A stretch of 64,000 bases of DNA from Verrucomicrobiota bacterium (GTDB taxonomy: Bacteria; Verrucomicrobiota; Verrucomicrobiia; Opitutales; Opitutaceae): assembly GCA_018239675.1 (NCBI GenBank), contig JAFEGX010000069.1:1786-65785 (forward strand). Reading direction: 5' to 3'. This document shows positions 52,501 through 60,936 of this stretch, piece by piece (the stretch's first letter is position 1; each line of letters starts with the position of its first letter). The notes under the pieces are model-generated. The model saw only the letters and a program-made list of their open reading frames with translations. It was not told the DNA's origin and made no database searches. The translations under genes and the position numbers were made by a program.

Positions 52501-53137
52501 CCGGAAGGGCGCGACGCCGGCCGCCGACCCGAAGGGGGCCGCGGCGGAACTCGCCGGCCTGCGGAAGACGCTGGCCGAGAAACTCCGGCGCGAGCCGACC
52601 GACGACGAGTTCTACTCGCATCTCATGTATCCGCAGGTCTTCGCGGACTTCGCGAAACACCAGCGCGATTTCGGCGACGTCAGCGTGCTGCCGACGCCGG
52701 CGTTCTTCTACGGTCTCAAGCCGCGCGAGGAAATCTCCGTCGAGATCGAGGAGGGCAAGATGCTCATCATCCGCCTCGTCAACGTCGGGGACCCCGACAA
52801 GGACGGCCGGCGCATGGTCACCTACGAGCTCAACGGCATCGCCCGCGAGGTTTTCATCCACGACCGCAGCGTCCAGGCCACCGCGAAGGCGCGCCCCAAG
52901 GCGGACCTCACCGACCCCCTGCAGGTGGCGGCCCCGATCCCGGGCCTCGTCGTGGTGCAGTCCGCGTCGGTCGGCGCCAAGGTCGCGAAGGGCGACAAGC
53001 TCTTCATGATGGAGGCAATGAAGATGCAGACGACGATCTACGCGCCCGCGGACGGCGTCGTCGCCGAGATCCACGCTGCCATCGGCGACACCGTCGAGGC
53101 CAAGGATCTCATCGTCAAACTCCGCCCGGCAAGCTAG
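49580..53137 (+). CDS. pyc: Pyruvate carboxylase (single-chain)
   Basis: Biotin carboxylase 'ANRGEIAVRIFRA', 'EMNPRIQVEHTVTE'. Carboxyltransferase 'DTTFRDAHQSL', 'HFHTHDTSG'. Biotinyl 'MEAMKMQT'. GTG 49580 chosen to retain the conserved N-terminus. Confidence 0.92.
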   Translation: MTPSSRPTAPVEIRPLQKLMAANRGEIAVRIFRAGTELGLRTVAVYAEEDRFCIHRYKADEAYQVGHGKGPVAAYLDIESIVGVAKEKGVQAIHPGYGFLSENAAFARAVEAAGIIWVGPRPELLEMMGDKTAARALAKRINVPTLPGTEEPVTDRAAALRIAKEIGFPLIIKAAFGGGGRGMRVVQKAADLAALLDEAQAEAERAFGNPAVFLEKYIANAKHIEVQVLGDKHGNVIHLHERDCSVQRRHQKVVEVAPSFGLPRGVITELCDAAARMAREVRYDNAGTIEFLYDLDRHEWFFIEMNPRIQVEHTVTEVVTGLDLVRAQLLIAQGHALHSAEVGMPAQADVPCHGYAIQCRITTEDPENKFVPDYGRILAYRSPGGFGVRLDGGMGYAGAVITPFYDSMLVKVITSGQSYEIAMNRARRVLSEFRIRGVKTNIPFLENVISHPLFRSGQATTTLIDTSPELFAFKPRRDRATKLLSFLGNVVVNGNPHAKGYRPAKPLPAVAVPGQDDRSAPPPGTRDLLLRLGARKFAEWTREQKRLLVTDTTFRDAHQSLMATRVRTYDMLACAGFLARRAPELYSLEMWGGATFDTAMRFLSEDPWERLRHLRARVPNICFQMLFRGANAVGYTNYPDSVVAGFVRHAAANGMDIFRIFDSLNYLPNLRVAMDAVQDTHAVCEAALCYSGDILDDRRDKFTLKYYVKLARELERMGAHVLAIKDMAGLCRPYAAHRLVKALKDEIGLPIHFHTHDTSGINAASVLRAADAGVDIVDLATAAMSGSTAQPNLNAVVAALQHTPRDTGLDLEALNRFSDYWEAVREYYRPFDTAPKTGSAEVYLHEMPGGQYTNLKEQAASMGVAHRWPEIARTYAEVNQLFGDIVKVTPSSKVVGDMALFLFSRGIRPADVVNLEPGATPFPESVIDMLTGGLGWPEGGWPVAVWRAVLGEKKFKEAHARYLAAVAAERKRARRKGATPAADPKGAAAELAGLRKTLAEKLRREPTDDEFYSHLMYPQVFADFAKHQRDFGDVSVLPTPAFFYGLKPREEISVEIEEGKMLIIRLVNVGDPDKDGRRMVTYELNGIAREVFIHDRSVQATAKARPKADLTDPLQVAAPIPGLVVVQSASVGAKVAKGDKLFMMEAMKMQTTIYAPADGVVAEIHAAIGDTVEAKDLIVKLRPAS

Positions 53138-53143
53138 ACCAGC

Positions 53144-53233
53144 ATTTGCCACAAAGGGCACGAAGCCGCACGAAGGGCCGGACGAAACACTAACCGGATT
53201 GCTTCGCGGGCTTCGTGAGCTTGGTGGCAAGTC
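53144..53233. repeat. CACGAAG-word hairpin element (family B), complete two-armed copy
   Basis: TTTGCCACAAAGGGCACGAAGCCGCACGAAGGGCCGG - loop - GCTTCGCGGGCTTCGTGAGCTTGGTGGCAAGTCC. Lies between pyc and the M28 peptidase gene. Confidence 0.7.
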
Positions 53234-53243
53234 CAATTCGTCC

Positions 53244-54548
53244 ATGCAGGCTATCGAACCTAACGAACTCCTGCGGCACCTGCGGCACTTGACCGAGACG
53301 ATCGGGGTGCGGCTCGCGGGCAGTCCCGGCGAGGCCCGGGCGGCGGACTACGTCGCGGCCGAGTTTGAGCGCACCGGGGCGAGAGTCTGGCGTGAAGCGT
53401 TTCCCGTGCAGCGGCGCGAGGTCCATGAGCAGCAGCTCCAGCTTTTCTACGATGGAGCGTGGCACGACCACGGCTGCTCGCTCTTTGCCAATGCGCCCGG
53501 GACCGATGGGGCGTGGGTGGAAGCGCCGCTGGTGTTCTTCGAGGGCGCGACCGGCTACCAGGAGAAGGACCTTGGTCCCCGGCTCGGCGGCCGCATCGTG
53601 CTCCACCTCGGGTGCCACATCGAGTCGCGCGAGAACTATCGGCGGCTGGTGGCGGCGCCGCCGGTCGGCGTGCTGATGGTCGACACGCGCTATCCCGGAG
53701 CCGTGCCGCTCGCCGACGCGATCTTTCCGGCGTATGTCGCGAGCTGCGGGGCCGTGACCTCCCTGAACGTCGCTTACTTGGACGCGTGGCGCTGGCGCGA
53801 GCGCGGCGCGACGCGCGCGCGGTTCCGGGTGGTGGGCGGCCCCCGTCCCGCGGAGTCACAGAATGTCGTGGCCGAGCTCCCCGGCTCGGATCCCGCGGCC
53901 GGCGTGCTCCTGCTCGGCGGGCACCACGACACGCAGGCGGACTCGGTGGGCGCGGATGACAACGGATCGGCGACGGCGGGCCTGCTCGCGCTGGCCCGCG
54001 TGCTGGGCCCGTTGCCGCGCCGGCGGACGATCCGGCTGATCTCGTTCGGCGCGGAGGAACAGCTCTCCGTGGGCAGCGCGGCCTATGTGCGCCGGCACCG
54101 CGCGGAGCTGGCGCGCGATGGCCGGTTCATCTTCAACTTCGACAGCTTCGGCTCGCTGCTGGGATGGAACACGCTGTCAGGTAACGGACCCGCGGAACTC
54201 GATGCGCTGCTGCCGCCTTATTTCGAGCGGCACGGGCAGTATGTGCGCCGCGAGCACGGGCTGCTGCCCTACGCGGACCATTTTCCCTTCGTGGCGGCGG
54301 GCGTGCCCGGCCTCACGCTCATGCGGCCAAATTGCGCGGGCGGACGATTCTTTCACCATCGGCCGGATGACGACCTCAGCCGGGTGTCGCCGGAGGTGAT
54401 GGCGGCACTGCTGAACGCCGTCGCGGATTTCACCGCGGACATGGCGGCGGCGGAGTCGCTCCCGTTTTCCGTCCGGATTCCCGCCGCCGAGCAGGGGCCG
54501 CTGGCGGCGTTCTGGGCGGACCTCTTCGGTGGCTGGGACCCGCGCTAG
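53244..54548 (+). CDS. M28 family aminopeptidase
   Basis: 'LLLGGHHDTQADSVGADDNGSATAGLLALARVL' and 'ISFGAEEQLSVGS' zinc-ligand motifs. Start at the ATG at 53244. Confidence 0.8.
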   Translation: MQAIEPNELLRHLRHLTETIGVRLAGSPGEARAADYVAAEFERTGARVWREAFPVQRREVHEQQLQLFYDGAWHDHGCSLFANAPGTDGAWVEAPLVFFEGATGYQEKDLGPRLGGRIVLHLGCHIESRENYRRLVAAPPVGVLMVDTRYPGAVPLADAIFPAYVASCGAVTSLNVAYLDAWRWRERGATRARFRVVGGPRPAESQNVVAELPGSDPAAGVLLLGGHHDTQADSVGADDNGSATAGLLALARVLGPLPRRRTIRLISFGAEEQLSVGSAAYVRRHRAELARDGRFIFNFDSFGSLLGWNTLSGNGPAELDALLPPYFERHGQYVRREHGLLPYADHFPFVAAGVPGLTLMRPNCAGGRFFHHRPDDDLSRVSPEVMAALLNAVADFTADMAAAESLPFSVRIPAAEQGPLAAFWADLFGGWDPR

Positions 54549-55984
54549 GCGCTCAGCGGCGCGGCCGCGGCCGAACTCTCCAGATAGTGGATCACGTCCG
54601 CGGCGCTGTAGTGGTCCGCGTCGGGGTGGACCAGCCGCGCGAGGTCCGCGACCTCGTTGCCCGCAGTGAGGAGGGCGGGCTCGGGCCCCGTCGGCCGGAC
54701 CTGGCCCAGCCCGGCGGTGGCCATCAGGCCGTTGCACAGACATTTCCGCCCCACGGTCTCGGACCGGTTTCCTCCCTTGCGCATGTACGCCTCGACGGGC
54801 TCGCCCGCGCATCGGTACCCGAGGTGGCCGTCGGCGGTGATGTAGAGTTCCCGCAGGTAGCCCAGGTCGCACACGCGCTCCCGCGTCGCGTAGATGGCGG
54901 CGTCCGATACGGTGCCGGGCATTTCCGCCACCTTGAACGGAAATCCGGTGGGCGAGGCGGCCGGGTCGGTGAACACGCGGGCCTGACCGGCTCGGCTGGC
55001 CGCGATCACCCGGCGCTTGAGCGCGGGGTCGATGCCTGACTCGTCACAGAAAGCGAAGGCCGTCCCAACCTGGATGCCGGTGGCGCCCACGCTCCGGGCC
55101 TCGGCCAGCCTTTCCGGGCGGGCTTGGCTGCCGGCGAGCCAGAATGGCAGGCCGAGCTCGCGGATCTTGCCCAAGTCGGGGACGTCGCGGGGCCCGTAAA
55201 TCGGCTCGCCGCGTGCATCCAGGGTCATCGTGCCGCGGGGCGGCGCATTATGGCCGCCGGCCAGCTCACCCTCGACGACAAAGCCGTCAACTCGGCCGGT
55301 AGATTTCTTGGCAAGGGTCATGGCCAGGGTGGCGGACGCCACGATCGCAAGGAAGAAGGGCCGGCTCAGCTTCGGGGCGGCGCCGTCGAAGAAGGCGGAA
55401 GGATCGAAGCGGCTGAAGAAGTCCTGCCCCGGCGCTGCGCCCGCTACGTCCAGCTTTTGCTCCGCTGCCCCGCCGGCCGCGAGCTGGTCCATGGCGCCGG
55501 GAATGGCCCGCGGAATGCCGGCGCCCATCAGCACGTAGTCCACGCCGGCGAGCATGGCGCCGTAAAGCGAGGCGAGCGTGGGCAGCTGGATCTTCTCGAG
55601 CAGATTGATGCCGACCAGGCCGTTATGACCGGCCTTGGCGAGGAAGACCTCGACGAAGTTGGCCGTCACGGTGAGCTCGGTCAGCGCGGCTCCAGGCTGC
55701 AAGGACGGCATGGGGGTCAGGGTGAAGGGCGCGGACGCGGCCTTGCCGTCCGGGACGTAGAAGCGGGCGAGCACGCGCTCCGCCATGGCCGGGATGGGAA
55801 AATGCGCCAGCGCCCGGCGCATGTCGCCGCCGGGATCGCCCGCCTCGAGCCGCCGCGCGAGGACGCTGGCGAGCGCGGTGCCGGAGACGACGCCGAGCGA
55901 ACCCAGGCGCGAGACGACGCGGGCCAGCTGCCAGTTGGAAACGGCGACGCCCATGCCGCCCTGAATGATGACCGGATGTGACAT
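54545..55984 (-). CDS. Nitronate monooxygenase / NAD(P)H-dependent flavin oxidoreductase family (long form)
   Basis: 'VIIQGGMGVAVSNWQLARVVSRLGSLGVVSG', 'GFVVEGELAGGHN'. Start at the ATG at 55984. Confidence 0.78.
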   Translation of the reverse strand: MSHPVIIQGGMGVAVSNWQLARVVSRLGSLGVVSGTALASVLARRLEAGDPGGDMRRALAHFPIPAMAERVLARFYVPDGKAASAPFTLTPMPSLQPGAALTELTVTANFVEVFLAKAGHNGLVGINLLEKIQLPTLASLYGAMLAGVDYVLMGAGIPRAIPGAMDQLAAGGAAEQKLDVAGAAPGQDFFSRFDPSAFFDGAAPKLSRPFFLAIVASATLAMTLAKKSTGRVDGFVVEGELAGGHNAPPRGTMTLDARGEPIYGPRDVPDLGKIRELGLPFWLAGSQARPERLAEARSVGATGIQVGTAFAFCDESGIDPALKRRVIAASRAGQARVFTDPAASPTGFPFKVAEMPGTVSDAAIYATRERVCDLGYLRELYITADGHLGYRCAGEPVEAYMRKGGNRSETVGRKCLCNGLMATAGLGQVRPTGPEPALLTAGNEVADLARLVHPDADHYSAADVIHYLESSAAAAPLSA

Positions 55985-56217
55985 GATCTGAGAGAGAAGC
56001 TCCGGCCGGAACCTTACCGGCCGGCGTGCGGCAGAACTACTGGGCCGGTCACCCCATGGTGGCACCGTCAGAGGTGACGGCTGGCTCGGCAATTGACCGA
56101 TACGACCGGGCACCATGCGCCCGGGAATTGGGCAAAGGAAGCCCGATGCCGCTCGTGCGGCGGGTATAAGCTCCGGTGTCGGATCCGAGCAAGAAGTGCG
56201 CACCTGGGCGCGACGCC

Positions 56218-57291
56218 CTACGGGCTCTTCAGGCGAAACCGCGCCAGCCCGACCGGCCAGAAACTCTTTCCTTTCATCTTGCCGGTGTAGAGCACGGTGA
56301 AGGCGCCATCCTCCTCCGCGATCAGGCCGAGCGGCGTGCGAATGTCCTCGGACCATTGCGCGGCGCCGGCGGCGGGCTGAACCGGGAGGTCGCCGCCCTT
56401 CGGCCAGTGGATGCCGTCGGAGGAAACGGCGTAACCGACATGGCGGCCCTCGGGAATATAGTCGTCACCCGCGGTGCAATTGTCGTACACCGCGACAAAC
56501 CGCGGGCCCACGCGGGTGACGAGCGGATTCTCGATGAACACCGGCTCGATCGGCGAGGGATTCAACCCCTCGCATCGCCGCCAGGGCCCGGCCAGCGACG
56601 GCGCCTCGGCGAGACCGACCAGCCACGGCCCGCGCGGCCAGTGCTGGTGGCTGCCATAGAAGCCGTACCACTTGCTCCCGACCTTCCACGGATAGAACGA
56701 GTCGGTGCCCTGCTGACCCTCCCAGGGCTGGGAGGCGGCGTCCGGCTGGAGCACGATGCCTTGGTCGCGGTAGGGTCCGGCGATCCCGGCGCGGCCGGGG
56801 ACGGTGGAGACGGCCCGCCAGATTTTTCCGTCCATGTGCAGGCCCTCGCGCTCTCCCGTGCCCGGGCGGTAGGCGATGTAGAAGAGATTCCACCGGTCCT
56901 CGTCGGCGTTGAAGACCGCCATGGGCGCCCAGAGCGAGAAGCGCTGGTCGCCCGGGGTGATCCGGCCCGGCGTTTCGTAGAGCGTCGACACCCGGCGCCA
57001 GTGGCGCGCGTCGGGACTCGACCAATGGGCGAGCCGCATCTTCACCCAGAAGGGATCGCCGGCCATCTCGGCGGTGAACAGGTGGTAGACTCCCGCCTCC
57101 TTCACGACGCAGCCGCCCTCGAAACCATAGCGGTTGCCGGCGAGGTCCGGATGCCCGGGACCGATCACGGGGGCGTCCGGCGCCTCGATGAGTTCGAGCG
57201 TGGGCGGCTCGGCGGCGGGCAGGGACATGAGCGAAAGGCAGAACCAGGCCGCGGCCCGGCGGGCGGAGCGGCTCAAGAAACGCGCGCGCAC
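56218..57291 (-). CDS. Secreted hypothetical protein, five-bladed beta-propeller glycoside-hydrolase-like (GH43/GH32/GH117 clan style)
   Basis: GTG start at 57291 gives the signal-like VRARFLSRSARRAAAWFCLSLMSLPAA. Repeated blade-like segments 'GVYHLFTAEM', 'WNLFYIAY', 'KWYGFYGS' and 'FVAVYDN'. The function assignment is weak. Confidence 0.5.
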   Translation of the reverse strand: MRARFLSRSARRAAAWFCLSLMSLPAAEPPTLELIEAPDAPVIGPGHPDLAGNRYGFEGGCVVKEAGVYHLFTAEMAGDPFWVKMRLAHWSSPDARHWRRVSTLYETPGRITPGDQRFSLWAPMAVFNADEDRWNLFYIAYRPGTGEREGLHMDGKIWRAVSTVPGRAGIAGPYRDQGIVLQPDAASQPWEGQQGTDSFYPWKVGSKWYGFYGSHQHWPRGPWLVGLAEAPSLAGPWRRCEGLNPSPIEPVFIENPLVTRVGPRFVAVYDNCTAGDDYIPEGRHVGYAVSSDGIHWPKGGDLPVQPAAGAAQWSEDIRTPLGLIAEEDGAFTVLYTGKMKGKSFWPVGLARFRLKSP

Positions 57292-57293
57292 GC

Positions 57294-58820
57294 TCAGTAG
57301 ATCTTTTCCTCCAGCAGCGCGAAGAGCTCGGCCTCGGTGATGCGCTTCTGCTGCATGGAGTCGCGATCGCGGAGCGTGAACGTGCCGTCCTTCTCGATCG
57401 TCTCGAAGTCGATCGTGACGCACCACGGTGTGCCGATCTCGTCCTGGCGGCGATAGCGGCGGCCGATCGCGCCGGCCTCGTCGTAGAACACGGCGTAGCG
57501 GCGCTGGAGCTTCTTGTGGAGCTCCCGCGCGCGCGCGGTCAGCAGCTCCTTGTTCTTGAGCAGCGGCAGCACGGCGACCTTGACCGGGGCGATGCGCGGC
57601 GAGAGGCGGAGCACGGTCCGTTTCTCGACGTTGCCCTTCTCGTCCTTCACGTCCTCCTCGGCGTAGCCGGCGCAGAGGGCCGCGAGCAGGATGCGGTCGA
57701 CGCCGACCGCAGGCTCGATGACGTGCGGGACGAATTTTTTCTTCGACGCCTCGTCGAAGTACTCCATCGGCTTGCCGCTCGCGTTCGCGTGCTGGGTGAG
57801 GTCGTAGTTGCCGCGGGCGGCGATGCCCCAGAGCTCCTGCACGCCGAACGGGTAGGCGAACATGATGTCGACCGTGCCCTTCGAATAGAACGCGAGCTTC
57901 TCCTTCGGATGGGCGTAGAGCGAGAGGTGCGACGGCGGGAGGCCGATCGAGACGAGCCAGTCCCAGCACCACTGGATCCAGTCCTTGTGGCACGTGGCCC
58001 AGTCGGCGTCCTCGGAGATGAAGTACTCCATCTCCATCTGCTCGAACTCGCGCGAGCGGAAGATGAAGTTGCGCGGCGTGATCTCGTTGCGGAATGACTT
58101 GCCGATCTGGGCGATGCCGAAGGGCAGCTTCACGCGGCCCGTGTCCACGACATTCTTGAAGTCCGCGAACATGCCCTGCGCCGTCTCGGGCCGCAGGTAG
58201 GCGACGGCCGACGCGTCCCGGAGCGCGCCGACATACGTCTCGAACATCATGTTGAACGCGCGCGGCGGCGTGAGGCTGCCGGCCTCGCCGGTGGCGGGGG
58301 AGGGAATCAGCGGGATCTCGTCAGGCCGGGCCTCGGTCATGTCCTTCACGACGACCGGGCTCAGCGTGCCCTGGATGGCCTTCTTGCGCTTGAAGGCCTC
58401 GGCGGCGGCCTGGAGGTCGGCGCCGGTCTTCTCGCTCTCGAGCGCGGAGACGTAGCCGACCGTCTGGCCGTCGACCACGACCGGCGAGAAGAACAGCTGG
58501 TCCGCACGGTAGCGCTGCTTGCTCACCTTGCAGTCCACGAGCGGGTCGGTGAAGCCGGCGACGTGGCCGGAGGCCTCCCAGACCTTGGGGTGCATGATGA
58601 TCGAGGACTCGAGGCCCACGATGTCGTCGCGACGGCGGACCATGTCGTTCCACCAGCAGTCGCGGATGTTCTTCTTCAACTCCGACCCCAGCGGGCCGTA
58701 GTCGAAGAAACCGTTGAAGCCGCCATAGATTTCGGAGGACTGGAAGATGAAGCCGCGACGCTTGGCGAGCGCGACAATGTTATCCATCGAGACGTTGGCA
58801 GGGGCGGGTGATTCGGACAT
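57294..58820 (-). CDS. glyQS: Glycine--tRNA ligase (dimeric GlyQS type)
   Basis: '[32 protein letters not shown]', '[28 protein letters not shown]' and '[12 protein letters not shown]'. Confidence 0.92.
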   Translation of the reverse strand: MSESPAPANVSMDNIVALAKRRGFIFQSSEIYGGFNGFFDYGPLGSELKKNIRDCWWNDMVRRRDDIVGLESSIIMHPKVWEASGHVAGFTDPLVDCKVSKQRYRADQLFFSPVVVDGQTVGYVSALESEKTGADLQAAAEAFKRKKAIQGTLSPVVVKDMTEARPDEIPLIPSPATGEAGSLTPPRAFNMMFETYVGALRDASAVAYLRPETAQGMFADFKNVVDTGRVKLPFGIAQIGKSFRNEITPRNFIFRSREFEQMEMEYFISEDADWATCHKDWIQWCWDWLVSIGLPPSHLSLYAHPKEKLAFYSKGTVDIMFAYPFGVQELWGIAARGNYDLTQHANASGKPMEYFDEASKKKFVPHVIEPAVGVDRILLAALCAGYAEEDVKDEKGNVEKRTVLRLSPRIAPVKVAVLPLLKNKELLTARARELHKKLQRRYAVFYDEAGAIGRRYRRQDEIGTPWCVTIDFETIEKDGTFTLRDRDSMQQKRITEAELFALLEEKIY

Positions 58821-58949
58821 GGCCCGCCAGAGATGGCGTCCGGAGCGCGGGCGGTCAATGCCCCGGTTGGGGTGATTCTACGCCCGGGCCGGGACGGTCC
58901 GGGTGATTCGGATTTGCCCACCCGGGTGGGTTGGCCACGCTGGGGGCCC

Positions 58950-59891
58950 ATGCAGCAGCGCCCCCTCGGCCGCACGGGCCTGAACGTCTCGGTGGTCGGC
59001 TTCGGCGGCTCGCCGATCGGGAGCGTGTTCCGTCCCGTGACCCAGGCGGAGGCCGATGCCGCGGTGCGCACGGCGCTCGATGCGGGCATCAACTATTTCG
59101 ACACCGCCCCATACTATGGCGCGACGGCAGCCGAGCAGGCGCTGGGCCGCGCGCTGCGCGGAGTGTCCCGCGACCGCTATGTGCTGGCCACCAAGGTGGG
59201 CCGCTATGGCGCGGAGCTGCGGGACTTTGATTTCTCGGCGGCCCGGGTCACGCGCAGCGTGGATGAAAGCCTGGCCCGGCTTGGCTGCGGCCATATCGAC
59301 ATCATTCAGGTCCATGACCTTGAGTTCGGCTCCCTGGAACAGATCTGGAGCGAAACCCTGCCGGCGCTCGACCGGCTGCGCGCCTCCGGGAAGGTCCGTT
59401 TCGTCGGCATCACGGGACTGCCGCTGTCCGCGCTGCGCACCGTGCGGGCGAAGGCGCGGGTTCGCGTCGACGCCGTGCTCAGCTACGCCCACGCCAGCCT
59501 GCAGGACCAGACATTCCTGCCGTACGCCGCCGAACTGCGGCGTGACGGCGTGGGCGTGATCAATGCGGCGCCGCTCGTCATGGGCCTGCTGACCCACCGG
59601 CCGCTGCCGGAATGGCATCCGGCGCCCGCCAGCGTCCGGGCGGCCTGCGCGGCGGCTGCGCGATGGTGCGCCGACCGAAAAACCGACCTCGCGGACCTGG
59701 CGATGGAGTTCGCCTTCGGCTTGAGGGACATCGACACCACGGTCGTCGGCTTCGCCAGCGCGGACGAAGTCCGCCGCGCGGTGGACTGCGCCAGCCGCTC
59801 GCCCGATCCCGCTGCGCTCGCGGCGGTGCAGGCGCTGCTGGCGCCGGTGCGGGATGTCACCTGGCTCAGCGGCCGGCCGGAGAACAACTGA
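58950..59891 (+). CDS. Aldo/keto reductase
   Basis: 'MQQRPLGRTGLNVSVVGFGGSPIG', 'FDTAPYYG' and 'IDIIQVHD'. Start at the ATG at 58950. Confidence 0.85.
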   Translation: MQQRPLGRTGLNVSVVGFGGSPIGSVFRPVTQAEADAAVRTALDAGINYFDTAPYYGATAAEQALGRALRGVSRDRYVLATKVGRYGAELRDFDFSAARVTRSVDESLARLGCGHIDIIQVHDLEFGSLEQIWSETLPALDRLRASGKVRFVGITGLPLSALRTVRAKARVRVDAVLSYAHASLQDQTFLPYAAELRRDGVGVINAAPLVMGLLTHRPLPEWHPAPASVRAACAAAARWCADRKTDLADLAMEFAFGLRDIDTTVVGFASADEVRRAVDCASRSPDPAALAAVQALLAPVRDVTWLSGRPENN

Positions 59892-59902
59892 CCCTCGAAT
59901 CC

Positions 59903-60916
59903 ATGCAAACACTCCAGCTCCGGCAACCCGGCGATCTCATCTGCTGTGACACGCCCGCCCCGGCCGCCCCGGCGCGCGGCGAGGCCCGGGTACGGGTGCG
60001 GTGCAGCGGCGTGTGTGGCACGGACCAGCACGCCTACGCGGGTCGCCAGCCGTTCTTCACGTATCCGCGGATTCCGGGGCACGAACTCGGGGTCGAGGTG
60101 CTCGCGGTGGGCGAGGGCGTGACGGACCTGCGGCCGGGTGACCGTTGCGCCGTCGAGCCCTACCTCAGCTGCGGCCGCTGCATCGCGTGCCGGAAGGGCA
60201 AGACGAACTGCTGCGAGACGCTGCAGGTGCTCGGCGTGCATGTGGACGGCGGCTGGCGGGAGGAGATCGTGGTGCCCGCCGCGAAGCTGCATGGCTCGAC
60301 CCGGCTCTCGTTCGAGCAGCTTGCCCTCGTCGAAACCCTCGGCATCGGCGCGCATGCCGTCGCGCGCGGCGCGCCCGAGGCGGGGGAATCGGCCCTGGTC
60401 GTGGGCGCCGGGCCGATCGGGCTCGCGGTCGCCCAGTTTGCGGTGGAGGCCGGCGCGAAGGTCACGATCCTGGACGTCAACGACGCCCGCCGCGCGTTCG
60501 CGGCCAGCTGGCTGGGTGTCGGCACGCTCGACGCCCGGGGGCTGACCCCCGACAGGCTGCGCGCGGAGCTCGGCGGCGAGTTGCCGACGCTCGTGTTCGA
60601 CGCCACCGGCAACCCCGGCTCGCTCCGGACGGCGTTCGATTGGCCGGCTCCGGGCGGAAGGCTGGTGTTTGCGAGCCTCGTCCAGGGCGAGATTGCCTTT
60701 GACGATCCCAATTTTCACCGGCGCGAGCTGACCCTGTGCGCCACCCGCAACAGCACCGCGGTCGAATTCCGGCGCATCATCGCCCTGATCGAGTCGGGTC
60801 GGATCGACACCAAGCCATGGATCACGCACCGCGCCCGCCTGCCCGAGGTTCCCGCGGTGTTCGCACAGTGGACCCGACCGGAGACCGGCGTCGTGAAGGC
60901 GATGATCGAGCTCTGA
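59903..60916 (+). CDS. Zinc-binding medium-chain alcohol/polyol dehydrogenase
   Basis: 'CGTDQHAY', 'GHELGVEV', structural zinc 'CGRCIACRKGKTNCC' and Rossmann 'VVGAGPIGL'. Start at the ATG at 59903. Confidence 0.85.
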   Translation: MQTLQLRQPGDLICCDTPAPAAPARGEARVRVRCSGVCGTDQHAYAGRQPFFTYPRIPGHELGVEVLAVGEGVTDLRPGDRCAVEPYLSCGRCIACRKGKTNCCETLQVLGVHVDGGWREEIVVPAAKLHGSTRLSFEQLALVETLGIGAHAVARGAPEAGESALVVGAGPIGLAVAQFAVEAGAKVTILDVNDARRAFAASWLGVGTLDARGLTPDRLRAELGGELPTLVFDATGNPGSLRTAFDWPAPGGRLVFASLVQGEIAFDDPNFHRRELTLCATRNSTAVEFRRIIALIESGRIDTKPWITHRARLPEVPAVFAQWTRPETGVVKAMIEL

Positions 60917-60936
60917 CCTCCCGCGTCCCGCCGGCC

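Noticed and set aside
55985-56217. 233-nt non-repeat intergenic region with several short GC hairpins (for example CCGGCCGGAACCTTACCGGCCGG). I considered it as a riboswitch or sRNA upstream of the nitronate monooxygenase-like gene.
   Set aside because: I could not match it to any riboswitch consensus I know, and no convincing terminator or antiterminator pair is visible. Left unannotated. An Rfam/Infernal scan would settle it.
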